Positions 1 through 13,020 are shown, counted from the stretch's first letter. The stretch: 64,000 nt of DNA from Eledone cirrhosa (GCA_964016885.1 OZ024740.1:305598001-305662000); one strand, 5' to 3'. Numbers and translations are program-made. The notes: generated by a model from the letters alone, not told the origin.

Positions 1-53
1 TAGATATAGATATTTATATGCATACATATGTATGTGTGGGTGTGGGTGTGTAA

Positions 54-93
<40 letters not shown>

Positions 94-659
94 ATGAGTG
101 AGTATGTGTACATACATATATGTATGCATAATTGTATGATTTCTGATATTACCTTCAAAGATTGATGTTTACTCAGTAATTTGCTGAATTTATCAAACTG
201 GTCTACTTATACATTATTAGACATCAATAGGAAGTAGAGAGAGAGAGATGGAGAGAGAGAGAGATGGAAAGAGAGAGAGAGAGAGAGAGAGAGAAAGAGG
301 GAGGGAGAGAGAGAAAGAGGGAGGGAGAGAGAGCAGAGGAACACCAGGAGAATTGTTGCTTTACCTTGTTGTCTTATTGTTATCGTTGAAGTAGTTAATG
401 ATTTCTAACATAGAGACAAGGCCTCAAACGATTCTGATTTATACGGGAAGGAAAGCAAAGGAATGAAGGAGCCTCTACAGGGTCGCTCGCCCCGCTAGAA
501 ATAGCAGCAATTACCCTGAAATAAAGTCTTGGAAAAATAGACGTTGGATAATGTGGTCATGGGGTCCCTTTATAGAGTAAAAACACGGGATAGCTATAGT
601 TAGAATGGCTTTTGTAATCAGTCTGCCCGACTAAGGTTCAAAACAACGACAATAACAAT

Positions 660-860
660 TATAACGGTTTCTGTTTTAGGTACAAGGCCAACAACTTTTG
701 GGGAAGGAGAAAGTCAAGAAATCGACTCCAGTGCCTTACTGGTACTTTATATTATCGACCCCCATAAGGTAAAATTAACCTCGGCGGGATTTTAAATCAG
801 AATGTTAAGGGCCGTAATTCTATGCTACTAAGCAATCTGCTGCCAATCTGCCGCCCTAGC
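660..860 (-). mobile_element. tRNA-derived SINE, family A (Nin-domain-like core)
   Basis: Reverse complement of the family at 44828: 'tactggtactttatattatcgaccc...aacctcggcgggatttt...ctgccaatctgccgcc'. Confidence 0.75.
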
Positions 861-1999
861 AATGACAATAATAATGATAACAAAGAGGAAAATATAGTTT
901 CATGTTGAAAGGCCACCTCAAGTTACTTGAAACCATAATTATATATTCGTAAAATCTACATTATTTTGTAAAAATCTAATTACTATGTACTAATTATCTA
1001 AAAACAAAAACAAAAAAAAAAACGAAAAGGAAAAACTTAATTTTAAAGCTAACTACCTTTTAATGACTTCGTTGTGACTGCTCGTTGTAGGAAAGCATTT
1101 TGATATTTGGTTGCAACATGGAGGCTTTTATGATCTACTATTTTTAAAAATTCTGACTGCCTGTCTGTGGATTATTTCATTGAGTTTTCTTTTACTCTTT
1201 CGTATTTAAAAAACGTTCGTCTTATGGTATAACTTAAAATAGTAAGAGATAGACAAAAACATATTAATAAAAATTGAAAATTTGTTAGAAATGTTTTACT
1301 ATTTCAAAAGGTCGCACAAAATAACATAGAAGGCCGCAGGTTCCCCATCTCTTCTTTAGAAGAATGTAATAAAAGCATGAGAATCCACGATTATACTAAA
1401 TAACCTGTTTTCTTTTCTAAGATGATAGTGTAATTTGAAAGAGAGTTAGTTACTATTTCAAGTATATCGAGCTACTACTTAGAGGCCCCTTCCTTGACTC
1501 AATACTCCCTATAAATATGCAGCCATGTTCAAAGGTCTTCAGGGATTGCATTGCTTCAGTTGTTTGTAAATGGTATGAAGAATTTAGTTGTGAGTTGCTT
1601 ATGATCAGAAATGGTGTACTTTCCTTATATATATATATAGTTACTATAATTTGGAGTTGTTGAAGGCAACCAGATCGTCATGTCTTCATTGGAAGATGTT
1701 TTCAATATTTGTGTTCATGGCCATAGGTTTGCAAATGGTTACAGATGATTAAGGGATGGTATGATATACATCCGTTTGGGTAGAAGTAACAGTGAATAGG
1801 TCGTTGATGTACTGAAAAACAAACAAACAAACAAAAATCAAAAGCATAAGAACATAACCAATTCCTGAAGTACACAAGAATTAATGAATATTAGCGATTC
1901 TTATGTCAGATGTCCCTCTCCTCGAAGGCTTTACCAATGTTAAGGTCATCAACATTTCTTTAACCGAGAGTAACTGTACGAAGGAGGCAGTAGGATTGA

Positions 2000-2315
2000 T
2001 AATACAGTCACACAGGGGCTGATTAAGCTTGCAATAGAGCCCTTGGTTGAACATTTAATCAGGGTTCTTGTATATTATTATACAGTCACACAGGGGCTGA
2101 TTAAGCTTGCAATAGAGCCCTTGGTTGAACATTTAATCAGGGTTCTTGTATATTATAATACTGTCACACAGGGACCGATTAACCTTGCAATAGAGCCCTT
2201 GGTTGAAAATTTAATCAGGGTTCTTGTATATTATAATACTGTCACACAGGGGCTGATTAAGCTTGCAATAGAGCCCTTGGTTGAACATTTAATCGGAGTT
2301 TTTGTGTATTATATA
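2000..2315. repeat. 78-bp tandem repeat, about 4 copies
   Basis: Unit 'tacagtcacacaggggctgattaagcttgcaatagagcccttggttgaacatttaatcagggttcttgtatattat'; gives the 26-aa periodicity of ORF 2043..2321. Confidence 0.95.
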
Positions 2316-2357
2316 TGGTAGCAAAAAATAAATTTAGGATCCAATTTATACATTATA

Positions 2358-2800
2358 CGTATATTTAAATATGACGAGAGAATTCCTTTAGTTTAGAAGA
2401 GGAGTATTTCAGTTGTTTGATCAACTGAACAGCCTGCTCATGAAAATAACGTGAGAATTTCACAGGCACGTGCATCCTTAACGTAAGTCTTAATGAGATT
2501 CAGCGTGACACAGTGTATGACAATGCAGGCTCTTTGAATTATATTTACAGTCATTCTGACGGGTTTCCAAACAGTTTCGTATATTTAAATATGACGAGAG
2601 AATTCCTTTAGTTTAGAAGAGGAGTATTTCAGTTGTTTGATCAACTGAACAGCCTGCTCATGAAAATAACGTGAGAATTTCACAGGCACGTGCATCCTTA
2701 ACGTAAGTCTTAATGAGATTCAGCGTGACACAGTGTATGACAATGCAGGCTCTTTGAATTATATTTACAGTCATTCTGACGGGTTTCCAAACAGTTTCGT
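2358..2800. repeat. 220-bp near-perfect tandem duplication covering a SINE 3' part and its flank
   Basis: 'cgtatatttaaatatgacgagag...ccaaacagttt' starts at 2358 and again at 2578. Confidence 0.95.
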
Positions 2801-2930
2801 CTACCCAATTTCACTCCCAAGACAGGGGTCGACTTGAGCCTATGGTTAATGGCACTTGCTCAAGGCGGTACACAAGTGGATCGAACCTGAGAGCTAATGA
2901 TTGCAAAGCAAACATTTTAATCATTTGGCA
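2625..2930 (-). mobile_element. tRNA-derived SINE, family B
   Basis: B-box-like 'ggttcgatcc' on the minus strand near 2880; similar to 37130-37440, 43825-44120, 57745-57880 and 63920-64000. Confidence 0.65.
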
Positions 2931-2989
2931 TATTACACATATAACATACATCACATGTTGGGCACACAACACACACTATACATTACATA

Positions 2990-3918
2990 CGAGGTGTGTC
3001 AGAAAAGTTCCAGGACTGATGTCACAAAAGATTTATTTCAAACCCAAACTTCACACTAAGAGTTTTCTGCTTCAAAGTAATCCCCCTGGAGTCTAATGCA
3101 CTTTTCCACCCTTTTCTGCCACGCTTGCATGCACTCCTGGAAGGATTCTTCCGGGATCCTCCGCAGTTCCGTCGTCACGGCCTTTTTATGTCGTCCACGT
3201 CTTCAAAACGGGTCCCCTCCGAGTCGTACTCGAAGATCCATGACTCATCACCGGTGATGACTGTCCCGTCCCTAGCAAGTCTTGTTCGGTTTCAAGACGC
3301 TCCGCTCGAGGATGTACTGGCACACTTGCATGCGGCGTCGACCCTTCTGGTCATCGTTCAGCAGTTTTGACACCATCTTCGCGCAGACTTTCCGCATGTC
3401 CAAATCTTCAGTGAGAATCTTCTAGACGCTGTCCCGATTCATGCCTAGTTCATTTGCCATCAGTCGAGCAGTCAGCCGGCGATCGCTACGCACCATCTGC
3501 CTGACGCGCTCAACGTTGACCTCAGTCCTGGTTGTTGAGGGCCTTCCGCTCCTGGGGTCATCTTCCACATTCTCGCGTCCTTCTTTAAACCTCTTGCACC
3601 ACTCAAAAACACGTGAGCGTGACATCGTCTCATCTCCATACACTTGCTGCAGCAATCCCAGTGCTTCTGACGGAGTTTTCCCCAACCGTACCAGAAACTT
3701 CAAGTTTGTTCGTTGCTCTGTGCTCATTGCTTGACGACCTGAAACAGAGGACATGTATATAAAATTATAAAGAAAAACGTTTTATCGCTGCAGAGAGCTA
3801 AGATTACAGTTACATACTCCAAGGGGATTACTTTGAAGGAGAAAACTCTTAGTGTGAAGTTTGGGTTTGAAATAAATCTTTTGTGACATCAGTCCTGGAA
3901 CTTTTCTGACACACCTCG
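2990..3918 (-). mobile_element. Mariner (DD34D-type) transposon, internally deleted
   Basis: TIRs 'cgaggtgtgtcagaaaagttccaggactg...' at both ends, TA target duplications, transposase remnants inside. Confidence 0.95.
3060..3754 (-). pseudogene. Mariner transposase pseudogene
   Basis: N-terminal HTH 'EQRTNLKFLVRLGKT...WCKRFKEGRENVEDDPRSGRP', then a stop, 'VITGDESWIFEYD' (first catalytic D) and 'GTRFEDVDDIK'; the middle of the catalytic domain is missing. Confidence 0.9.
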
Positions 3919-3929
3919 TATATCACATA

Positions 3930-4420
3930 CATCACACACATTATATAGACTGTACACATTACATTCTTGCACACCACATACATTATACACATTATATAGA
4001 CTGTACACATTACGCTCTTACACACCACATACATTATACATATTATATAGACTGTACAAATTACACTCTTACACACTACACACATTATATAGACTGTACA
4101 AATTACACTCTTACACACTACACACATTATATAGACTGTACACATTACACTCTTACACATCACACACATTATACACATTATACACATTATATAGACTGTA
4201 CACATTACACTCTTACACACCACATACATTATACACATTATATAGACTGTACACATTACATTCTTGCACACCACATACATTATACACATTATATAGACTG
4301 TACACATTACATTCTTGCACACCACATACATTATACACATTATATAGACTGTACACATTACATTCTTGCACACCACATACATTATACACATTATATAGAC
4401 TGTACACATTACATACATCA
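3930..4420. repeat. About 51-bp minisatellite with variable units
   Basis: Repeats of 'cacattatatagactgtacacattacattcttgcacaccacatacattata'. Confidence 0.9.
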
Positions 4421-4519
4421 CACATATACATAATACACCTACTACATACATTCCAAAAATTATACACATTACACATAACCCATATTACATACATTACCCA
4501 TATTACAAATATTATATGG

Positions 4520-4641
4520 AAGGCATGTGGCATAGTGGTTAGGGTGTTTGACTTACGATCACAATGTCGTGAGTTCGATACCTTGACTGTGTGGCATGTT
4601 GTGCTCTTGATCAAAACACTTCATTTCAGGTTGCTCTAGTA
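4520..4641 (+). mobile_element. tRNA-derived SINE, 5' half, split by a hAT insertion
   Basis: A-box 'tggcatagtggttag', B-box 'gagttcgatacc'; sequence resumes at 6929. Confidence 0.75.
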
Positions 4642-6928
4642 CACAGGTTCTCAACCCATTTAGGCCAAACGCCCCAACCTAAAGTCCAACCCCTCCTCAA
4701 CGTGGCAGGGCGGTGGCAACGGGTAGTGTCAGAGCTATGCCGTCGGGAACTTCGGTTCCTGGTAGAGCCACCCAAGGCAGATTGGTCTGGCACCCAGCGG
4801 TATTAGAGCCGCAACCCGTCAAAAGGGGTTCTGGTGAAAATCCAAGAGGCGTCTGCTCCGGTAACCGGCGGCTTCGGGTCGTTTCTGTCTCTGCGTCTGT
4901 GGAGAATCTGCGGCAAACAAGACGTTTTTTCCCCTCGTTCGGGATATACATGCGGGATTTTTGGGGACCGCTTGTGAATTCACTACTCCCATGACACTTC
5001 TTCCATGAATCCTACAAATACGAAACGCCCCCTTTTGTCCTTCGAAATCACGAAACGCCCCCTACCCTATTTTTCCATTTTTCAATATACTACTGATTTT
5101 GATGTCAGTAGATTACTAAAAAATTGATTAACAATATTCCAAAGATACCATTGCAGGCAGCTGAGAGTATAAATACATTCCTTGAAAGGAAATATATAAA
5201 TTTCAAAAAAAGGAACATAAATGTTCTTTTTTATGAATAAGGTCCAGTTGAATTTGTTATATTGCCACCAGGCGATACCAGCTATTTTGAACATTTATAC
5301 AAGAGCAACTCTGTCTATCCCAAGAGTGCTCTTATCTGGAAGAAAGTGGCAATTATATCATTTCAAAGCTTTCCAATTTTCCCTTTAATGAAACGGACAG
5401 GATAAATGTTGATAGCTAACTTGATGTCCCCTCCGCTTTGTGATCTTAGAGACCATGGAAGAGGATTTTCATGACCACGCGGGAGGGTATATTTATTAGT
5501 AAATGGTAAAATATATACAACAAATGAGTAAGTGAATTGTAGTAGATGGTTTCCAGTCCAGTCAGACTGCAACTACAAATAAAAAAAGAAATTGTTAGTT
5601 TGCTTTGTAACAATAGCATATCCAAGTTTTCGGATAAATCAACTTACTTTAACTTTGACCTCATTTCAATGGGACCCTTGAACTTTATGGAGTCTAGCTA
5701 ACTCTTTGACGTCAGGCTGTATTTTCGTAAGATGTAGCCAGAGATCTCCACGTGTAATTACATTGTAGCGGTTGCGAGACTTACTGTGCAGTCTGGAAAC
5801 AGCACCAAACCTCCTCTCGACTAAGTATGAGCTTGGACAAGACAGAGCAAATCTCTTAGCCTCTGCATGTAGATGTGGAAATCGACGCTGAATTTCCTCT
5901 TGCATCCAAAAAAGGGGTTCACCTCTTTTGGGAAATCTAATTTTGATCATGTCATCTGCTTGAAGTTCAATGAATTCTTCCTGAAATATAATCTCCAAAT
6001 CATCGACGTTAGCTATAAAGGGATCTGCTACCCACATTGGGATTTCCATCGACAAAAGGTCGACAAACCGTTCTCTCATATTATCTTGTAGCGCAAGGAG
6101 GTGAGCGGTATAAATTTGGAGTTGGTCATCGCTTACAATATTTTGAACATTGGCACACTAAGAAAATTATAGAATTCCCGTCAACAAAGATTCCTTTCGA
6201 TGACATTCAACTTGGCCAGGAATGTTTTCACAACATTCCTTGCTTTAAGCAAGGTGATCTTCTTCCCTTGCAAAGCCAAAATGCCGCTATTGCATTTGTC
6301 GAAGATGTCGGTGAGGTAGGCGTAATTTTGCCTCACATCGAGGGTTTTCTTGTACAGTTCTGTGTTGCCTCCTCGCAGAAACTCAATGATAGAGTCGAAC
6401 AGTTCAAAGAAGTGAGTAAGGCACTTGCCCTTTGAAAGCCACCTCATTTCTGTGTTTTTTAATTTTTTTTTATTTGTAATATTATTTATACAATAGGGAA
6501 TAAAATAGATCTACATAGGGTTAACTCGTTACGGTTGAGTCAATAATTTCAGACATGAAACATTGTTATCGGTGAAGGAAAGACAAGATTCTAATGCCCC
6601 CTTGCTCCTCTAATGCCCCCTTGCTCCTCTCAAAGTATCCTTGACCCAGTTGACTGTGGGTTTTTCCATTGTTAGGATCTCAATTGCCGGTTAATATCTA
6701 GACACGCCTGCACACCTGCTCACAGCTGCGATCAGACCATAGTTATGCTGTCTGCATGCTCATTCAAATGCATTCACACTGACATACAAATATGGCTTAT
6801 AAAACTTACCAAAGTAAAGAGCCTTCCAGTGCCCCTAAAGCTCCAAACGCCCCCTACTGCCCCCTTGCTCCTCCCCTGGAGTTCCGAAACGCTCCCCGGG
6901 GGTGCATGCCCCCCCGTTGACAACTTTG
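4642..6928 (-). mobile_element. hAT (Buster/Charlie-type) transposon, deleted derivative
   Basis: 8-bp TSD ctctagta at 4634-4641 and 6929-6936; imperfect TIRs cacaggttctcaac / gttgacaactttg; transposase remnants inside. Confidence 0.9.
5666..6447 (-). pseudogene. hAT transposase C-terminal fragment (ZBED8/SCAND3-like)
   Basis: 'RWLSKGKCL', 'AYLTDIFDK', 'PSSYLVERRFGAV' and terminal 'QGSH' match Buster-family transposases; frameshifted. Confidence 0.88.
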
Positions 6929-7104
6929 CTCTAGTACATTCAGCTGAACACGAGTACCAGCGGAAGCTGGCTTTTAAACTTGTGATGGACTGGCAGATCC
7001 TATCCACGGGCGGCTTGTCGTATCAGTCGCTTAACGCTGAGGAAACCGGGATAAGCTCCTGCCTGATGAACCTCCGGGCTAGCGACAGACTTGAACTAAC
7101 TTAA
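6929..7104 (+). mobile_element. SINE 3' half (V-domain-like block and L2-like tail)
   Basis: 'tgtgatggactggcagatcctatcca' and 'gaaaccgggataagctcctgcctgatgaacc' resemble V-SINE/L2-tail motifs (from memory). Confidence 0.55.
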
Positions 7105-7239
7105 CATATTATATGCACTACAACACGGTACACTCATCACACATTACATTATAGAATTTACATACGTTACACATGTAGGTATACGTTATACACCATTGGG
7201 TAAACCAACTGTAAATAGAAATAGTTGCATGAGAGACAG

Positions 7240-8262
7240 AATGGTAGTAGTGATAGTGGTGGTGGTGATTGTGTGTGTGTGTGGGGGGGGGGCGTGATGA
7301 TGATGTTGATGGTAGCGCTAGGTGGGAATGGTGGTGTTTGTAGAGGTGGTGATGTTAGTGTTGACAGTAGTGTCTGTAGTGGTGGTGGTGGTGGTGGTGG
7401 TGGTGGTGATGGTGTTTGTAGTGGCGTTGATGTAATGGTGATGATGTCGGCGTCAATAGTGGTAACTGTAGTGGGGGTTGTTGGTGATGGGAGGTGATAT
7501 AGTTATAGTGATGGTGGTGTTTATAGTGGCGGATATATAGCGGTGATGATGTTGGTGCTCATAGCGGTGACGGGTAGTGTGGGTGATGGTGGTGGTGTTT
7601 ATAGCGGTGACGGGTAGTGTGGGTGATGGTGATGGTGTTTATAGCGGTGACGGGTAGTGTGGGTGATGGTGGTGGTGTTTATAGCGGTGACGGGTAGTGT
7701 GGGTGATGGTGGTGGTGTTTATAGCGGTGACGGGTAGTGTGGGTGATGGTGATGGTGTTTATAGCGGTGACGGGTAGTGTGGGTGATGGTGATGGTGTTT
7801 ATAGCGGTGACGGGTAGTGTTGGTGATGGTGATGGTGTTGGTGATGGTGGTGGTGGCGGGTAGTGTTGGTGATGGTGATGATGGTGGTGTTTATAGCGGT
7901 GACGGGTAGTGTTGGTGATGGTGGTGGTGGTGGTGGTGGTGGTGGTGGTGGTGGTATTAATAGCGGTGATGGGTAGTGTTGGTGATGGTGGTGGTGATGG
8001 TGATGGTGGTGGGGGTGATGGTGATGGTGGTGGTGTTAGTGATGGTGATGGTTGTGGTGGTGACGAGTAGTGTTGGTGATGGTGGTGGTGTTAATAGAGG
8101 TGACGGGTAGGGTTGGTGATGGTGGTGGGGGTGATGGTGGTGGTGTTAGTGATGGTGATGGTTGTGGTGGTGACGAGTAGTGTTGGTGGTGGTGATGGTG
8201 GTGGTGGTGGTGTTAATAGTGGTGACGGGTAGTGTTGGTGTTGGTGATGGTGGTGGTGGTGC
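7240..8262. repeat. (GGT)n low-complexity tract containing a 40-bp minisatellite (7561-7830)
   Basis: Unit 'atagcggtgacgggtagtgtgggtgatggtggtggtgttt' recurs every 40 bp. Confidence 0.9.
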
Positions 8263-8771
8263 AGGGGAAGTGAGGACTAGTTCAGTTAATTGCTGGATCA
8301 GTCAAACACTAAATATCTCCAGTAAGGTCTGATCAAATAATTAACTGTCTGTTTAGTGGCCACCTGCAACCTCATCAGCTCTTCTCACTCTCTACTGGAT
8401 ATTGTCTTCCTTCCAATACTTACCTGTCAATATCTACCGACATATACATACTTACATACGAACCTACTTACCTACATACATACCTACCCACCTGCCTGCC
8501 TATCTACCTACATACCTACCTGTCTGCCTGTCTGCTTGCCTGCCTACCTACCGACGTACCTACCGACCTACCGACCTACCTACCTACATACCTACCGACC
8601 TACCTACCTACCTACCTACCTACCTACCTACCGACGTACCTACCGACCTACCTACCTACATACCTACCGACCTACCTACCTATCTATCTAATTACCTACC
8701 TATCTCTCTACTTACCTTTTTATCTATCTACGTACCTACGTATTTGCTTATCTAGCTACAGAACCCCCCCT

Positions 8772-8891
<120 letters not shown>

Positions 8892-9082
8892 GGTTTGTTG
8901 GTTCACCACTGGATAGAATTGGTCATTCCGTATGGTCAATCTTGATGTAATATTATGGAGAGTACTCAACGTAGTGCAGTTCACCCGTCTTCGTTTGTGT
9001 AGTTGGTGGTGCTAATACGGAGTTAATTATTACAAATAAAATAACAGGAGGCAGGACTGGTGTAAATCCTTGAAAAGTTTAT

Positions 9083-9142
9083 AACACCATGATCATTTCA
9101 ATGACCGGGTTCCGTATGAATCCGGTGATATCATCAGGTATT
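9083..9142 (-). ncRNA. Minimal type-I hammerhead ribozyme motif (G at position 17, probably inactive)
   Basis: Minus strand: aatac-CTGATGA-tatcaccgg..ccggtcatt-GAAA-t-gatc-a-T-G-gtgtt; stem I aatac/gtgtt, palindromic loop III. Confidence 0.65.
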
Positions 9143-9332
9143 CGAAATATAACAAAGGAATATATAAAAGCCATGGATCCGAAAATCAGAGACAGAGAGG
9201 ACGACTGACCAACTAGCTGCTTTCACCTCGGTCAGTCGCCCTCAAGTGATGGCAACTCGGTCTACTAATGACGATCTGGTGAGGGGGCGAAGGCTTATAA
9301 TGTACTACCACCTCGCCGCCAGAGAATAAAAA

Positions 9333-9420
<88 letters not shown>

Positions 9421-10208
9421 AAAGTCAGCGTAAGGGTCACACTACAATCATGCTAGAAGACGCCGCGAAAAATGTTATTCTAAAGAACCGATATTTTAAC
9501 AAAGGCATATATATGGGTGTCTGTAGGTCTAATGTGTGAACAGAAAATTGGAACGTTAACTTATGTTAAGAATTATAGGATGAAATTAAATTATTAGAAA
9601 ATTAATAGAAAATTAAAGGTTTGTGTTGCTAGATTTATTTAATGAAATTACAGCGAGAGTCTTATATGAAAAGGTTTAAGTGTATTATAGGGAATCTCGA
9701 TAAGTTATCAAGGTGGGATATAGAGTAAAGATAAAAGCCTTCGATTGTAAACCCCAGCCAGCACCTCCTAACCACGTGTCAGCCAGTTTCGAGTGGTATC
9801 GTCTAGCGAAATAAATAGAAATTAATTTTTCAGAGTGATGTGGTGGATTTCCTGGCTGTGCGCCGGGCGCTCGGAAAGTTCAGCCTTCTTTGAGTGCTTG
9901 GAAAAATAAATTTCCCCTCTTTCGGTAAACGAAACTACTCGGAGCGGATCGATTTGCCCCGGGGCCCGCCGCACCGCCTGTTTTGACCGCCACATTATAC
10001 TCATACCTATAAACTCTAGGCTTAGGCATAACTGTTAGCTGTATCATGCCTTCCTCTGCTGGCACGTAAATAAACCCCTCATGTGTGAATTAATAGTATT
10101 CGTTTGGTATAGACCAAAGGTTCTCAACGAAGAGGGCTCTACATAACGACGTAATTATCCTCGCTTTTTCCCGTTCATTGCCAGAGAAAACTTTAATCTG
10201 TTTTTTAA

Positions 10209-10270
<62 letters not shown>

Positions 10271-10276
<6 letters not shown>

Positions 10277-10465
10277 AACAAGTATGACACCGACGGCAGA
10301 GCTCAAGCGGTTCGACGGCTAATTCTGGACCAGAATTAGCCGTCGAAACGGCTTGAGCTATACCGTCGGGGTCATACTTGTTCCTATTACCCACTCTACT
10401 ACCCTAAGTATTGAGTACTTTGGTGCGTTATGGTCCATCTGGTTCCTTACCACATTTCCTTCGTT
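10271..10465. mobile_element. Fold-back Penelope-like insert in (TA)n carrying the 3' half of a hammerhead
   Basis: Palindrome 10271-10387 plus an ~80-nt extension; 'GAAACGGcttgagctataCCGTC'; same family at 41011 and 61872. Confidence 0.7.
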
Positions 10466-10598
10466 ATATATATATATATATTAATTAAACTTTAATCTGT
10501 TATTTTAATAAATATTTGCTCTACGGTTCTTATATATTTGATATATATTTATCCTTATCAAACCCTCTTTCTATTTTAATCTTCAAATTTATTATTAT

Positions 10599-10644
<46 letters not shown>

Positions 10645-10736
10645 ATTTACATATACATAAACTAGACTGGTTGATTATGCTGATTGGGAGAGGAAATAAT
10701 GTATATATTTTATCAAATGATTCTATGGACATACTT

Positions 10737-10782
<46 letters not shown>

Positions 10783-10958
10783 GTATATATATAATTATTG
10801 ATATATATAATTATTGATATGTTAGTTTATCACCAACACTTTGTATGCAGGGTAGAGCCCTCTACGAAGTACACAAGTGGGTCTCTTTACTCCGGAGTAT
10901 AATTATAATCCTGAAGTAAAAGTCACCAGCTTATAATTAACTTCATTTGTTCCTAATC

Positions 10959-11017
10959 GGTGTTATATATATTTCGGTGATAATCGTTATGCAACAGTTA
11001 TGACCTCATCAGACAGC
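10959..11017 (-). ncRNA. Minimal type-I hammerhead ribozyme motif
   Basis: Minus strand: gctgt-CTGATGA-ggt...acc-GAAA-t-atat-a-T-A-acacc. Confidence 0.7.
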
Positions 11018-11191
11018 TAAACATTGAACAGAAAAACCAGAAAAACACGTGTGTCCGTTATATCGTGCTGTGACGGTGTGTATGTTCCTGTACTGGTTTG
11101 TGTACGGGTTTTAGTGCAGAGGAGATGAATGTGCACAAGTGTTTTTGTTGTGTGTAAAGGTGAAGATGAAGTTTTAGAGGGACTGGGCTAG

Positions 11192-11249
<58 letters not shown>

Positions 11250-11285
11250 CATACGTACATACGTACATACGTACATACGCACACG

Positions 11286-11355
<70 letters not shown>

Positions 11356-12686
11356 GACACAGACACACACATATATATATGAAGGTGTTACTGTATAATG
11401 TGCATGTAACGATGCATGAAATTATGTAGCCATATGGGCGTCACTCGTGCATGAATCAGTGAATACCAGTGTTAACACTTGACGGTGTACCTATGTATGT
11501 ATGTATGTATGTATGTATGTATGAGGGAGCTTATAGATAGGACAACACACGCTGTCTCTTCGTGGGGTAAGTTTTTAATTAATTTTTGTATTCTGAAACA
11601 TCAAAATACAACAATTTGTTGGTTACTGGTCTCGGGAATGTCACGACAGAAGTTTGTGGAAGTTACACAAATATTTTAGTATATTTTAGCAGAGCAATCC
11701 TTATTTATATTTTACATTTACTTACATCTCAATATAACATGGCTAGAATTCAAATTTTGCTAAGAGAAGAAAACGGTCAAATGAACTAGATACATCTCAC
11801 TGTCCACACCACCACAATAACGTCTACACTCTCTCCCCACCATCACATGTCATTACCATACCATACCCTATCGAGACTAAAGTCATCGACCTGTTGTCAA
11901 ACTCTCTACTCTCTGATGAATGTATATATATATATGTGTGTGTATGTATATGTGTGTATATACATCACTCAGTCAAACAACCAGATTTCAACCCCAACAT
12001 CTACAACAACAACAACACCGGCACTAATGCTTACAGCAACAACAGCTTCAGAATGAACTGAAATGAACATTTACAACAATTACAACAACAACAACAACAG
12101 CGGCATCAAAACATAAAAAAAGGAAGGGAAAAGAAAAAAGAAAAGGGAAGGGGGGAAAAAAAAAAAAAAAAAGGAGAAAAAAAAGAAAGGAAAAAAAAAA
12201 AAAAAACTCAAAATAACAAAACACACACACACACACACACACACAACAGAACAACAACATCAACTGCCACCACCACCACCACCGCCACCGCCGTCGCCAT
12301 CACCATCACCAGCGACCTGGCCTTAAGAACAACTTTAATAATAATTTTTCTGCTTTTGGCACGGATCCAGCGACTGGCCAGCGCATCACTGGTACTCTCT
12401 TTTGTTGACTCCGTGGAGAGCCATAACTCTATGCTGTAAAGCAATTATAGTAATACTGGACTGTAATACGATCGGCTTCAACTATACAAACTCTTGAAAG
12501 TCAACAGTTGACATAATCTGGTAATCTTGTATCAGTAATGACGGTAATATATATATATATATGTGTGTGTGTGCGTGTAAGTGAGTAGAGTAGCGTGTGT
12601 GTGTGTTTGTTGTGTGTGTGAGTGTTGCTGTGTGCACGCATATGTATGCGTGTGTGTGTATGTCGTACGTATAAGTGTCAATAAGT

Positions 12687-12717
<31 letters not shown>

Positions 12718-12719
<2 letters not shown>

Positions 12720-13020
12720 GCGGGGACATAGAAATAATCGGGCTGGATGCCCGATCGCGCAGTTAAACCACTGGGAGTGAAGAACCCCTAGCCCATGTCA
12801 GGGTATTCTTCTAGGAGAAGGCATCTCAGGAAACTGGGTTAACTCCGATATAAAACCTGCGGCTCAGTAGTTACCGATGATGTTGATCTTTTCTTCTTTT
12901 CGGGTTATAGCTACTGTCGCTCAGAGAGTGGGATTGGTTCAGTGCACAGTCTTTCCTCACTTTAAAAATATTCGTCACGCACAGGCATTGCACGAGTGCA
13001 TTAATAATTATTAATAGTGT

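Noticed and set aside
2000-2315. CRISPR-like array or repeat protein
   Set aside because: Head-to-tail 78-bp units with no unique spacers, no cas genes, and a eukaryotic context.
7060-7080. ctgatga in the SINE tail
   Set aside because: No downstream GAAA or stems; part of an L2-like tail.
9755-9840. Minus-strand ctgaaaa...gaaac motif
   Set aside because: Core is mutated and stems are ambiguous.
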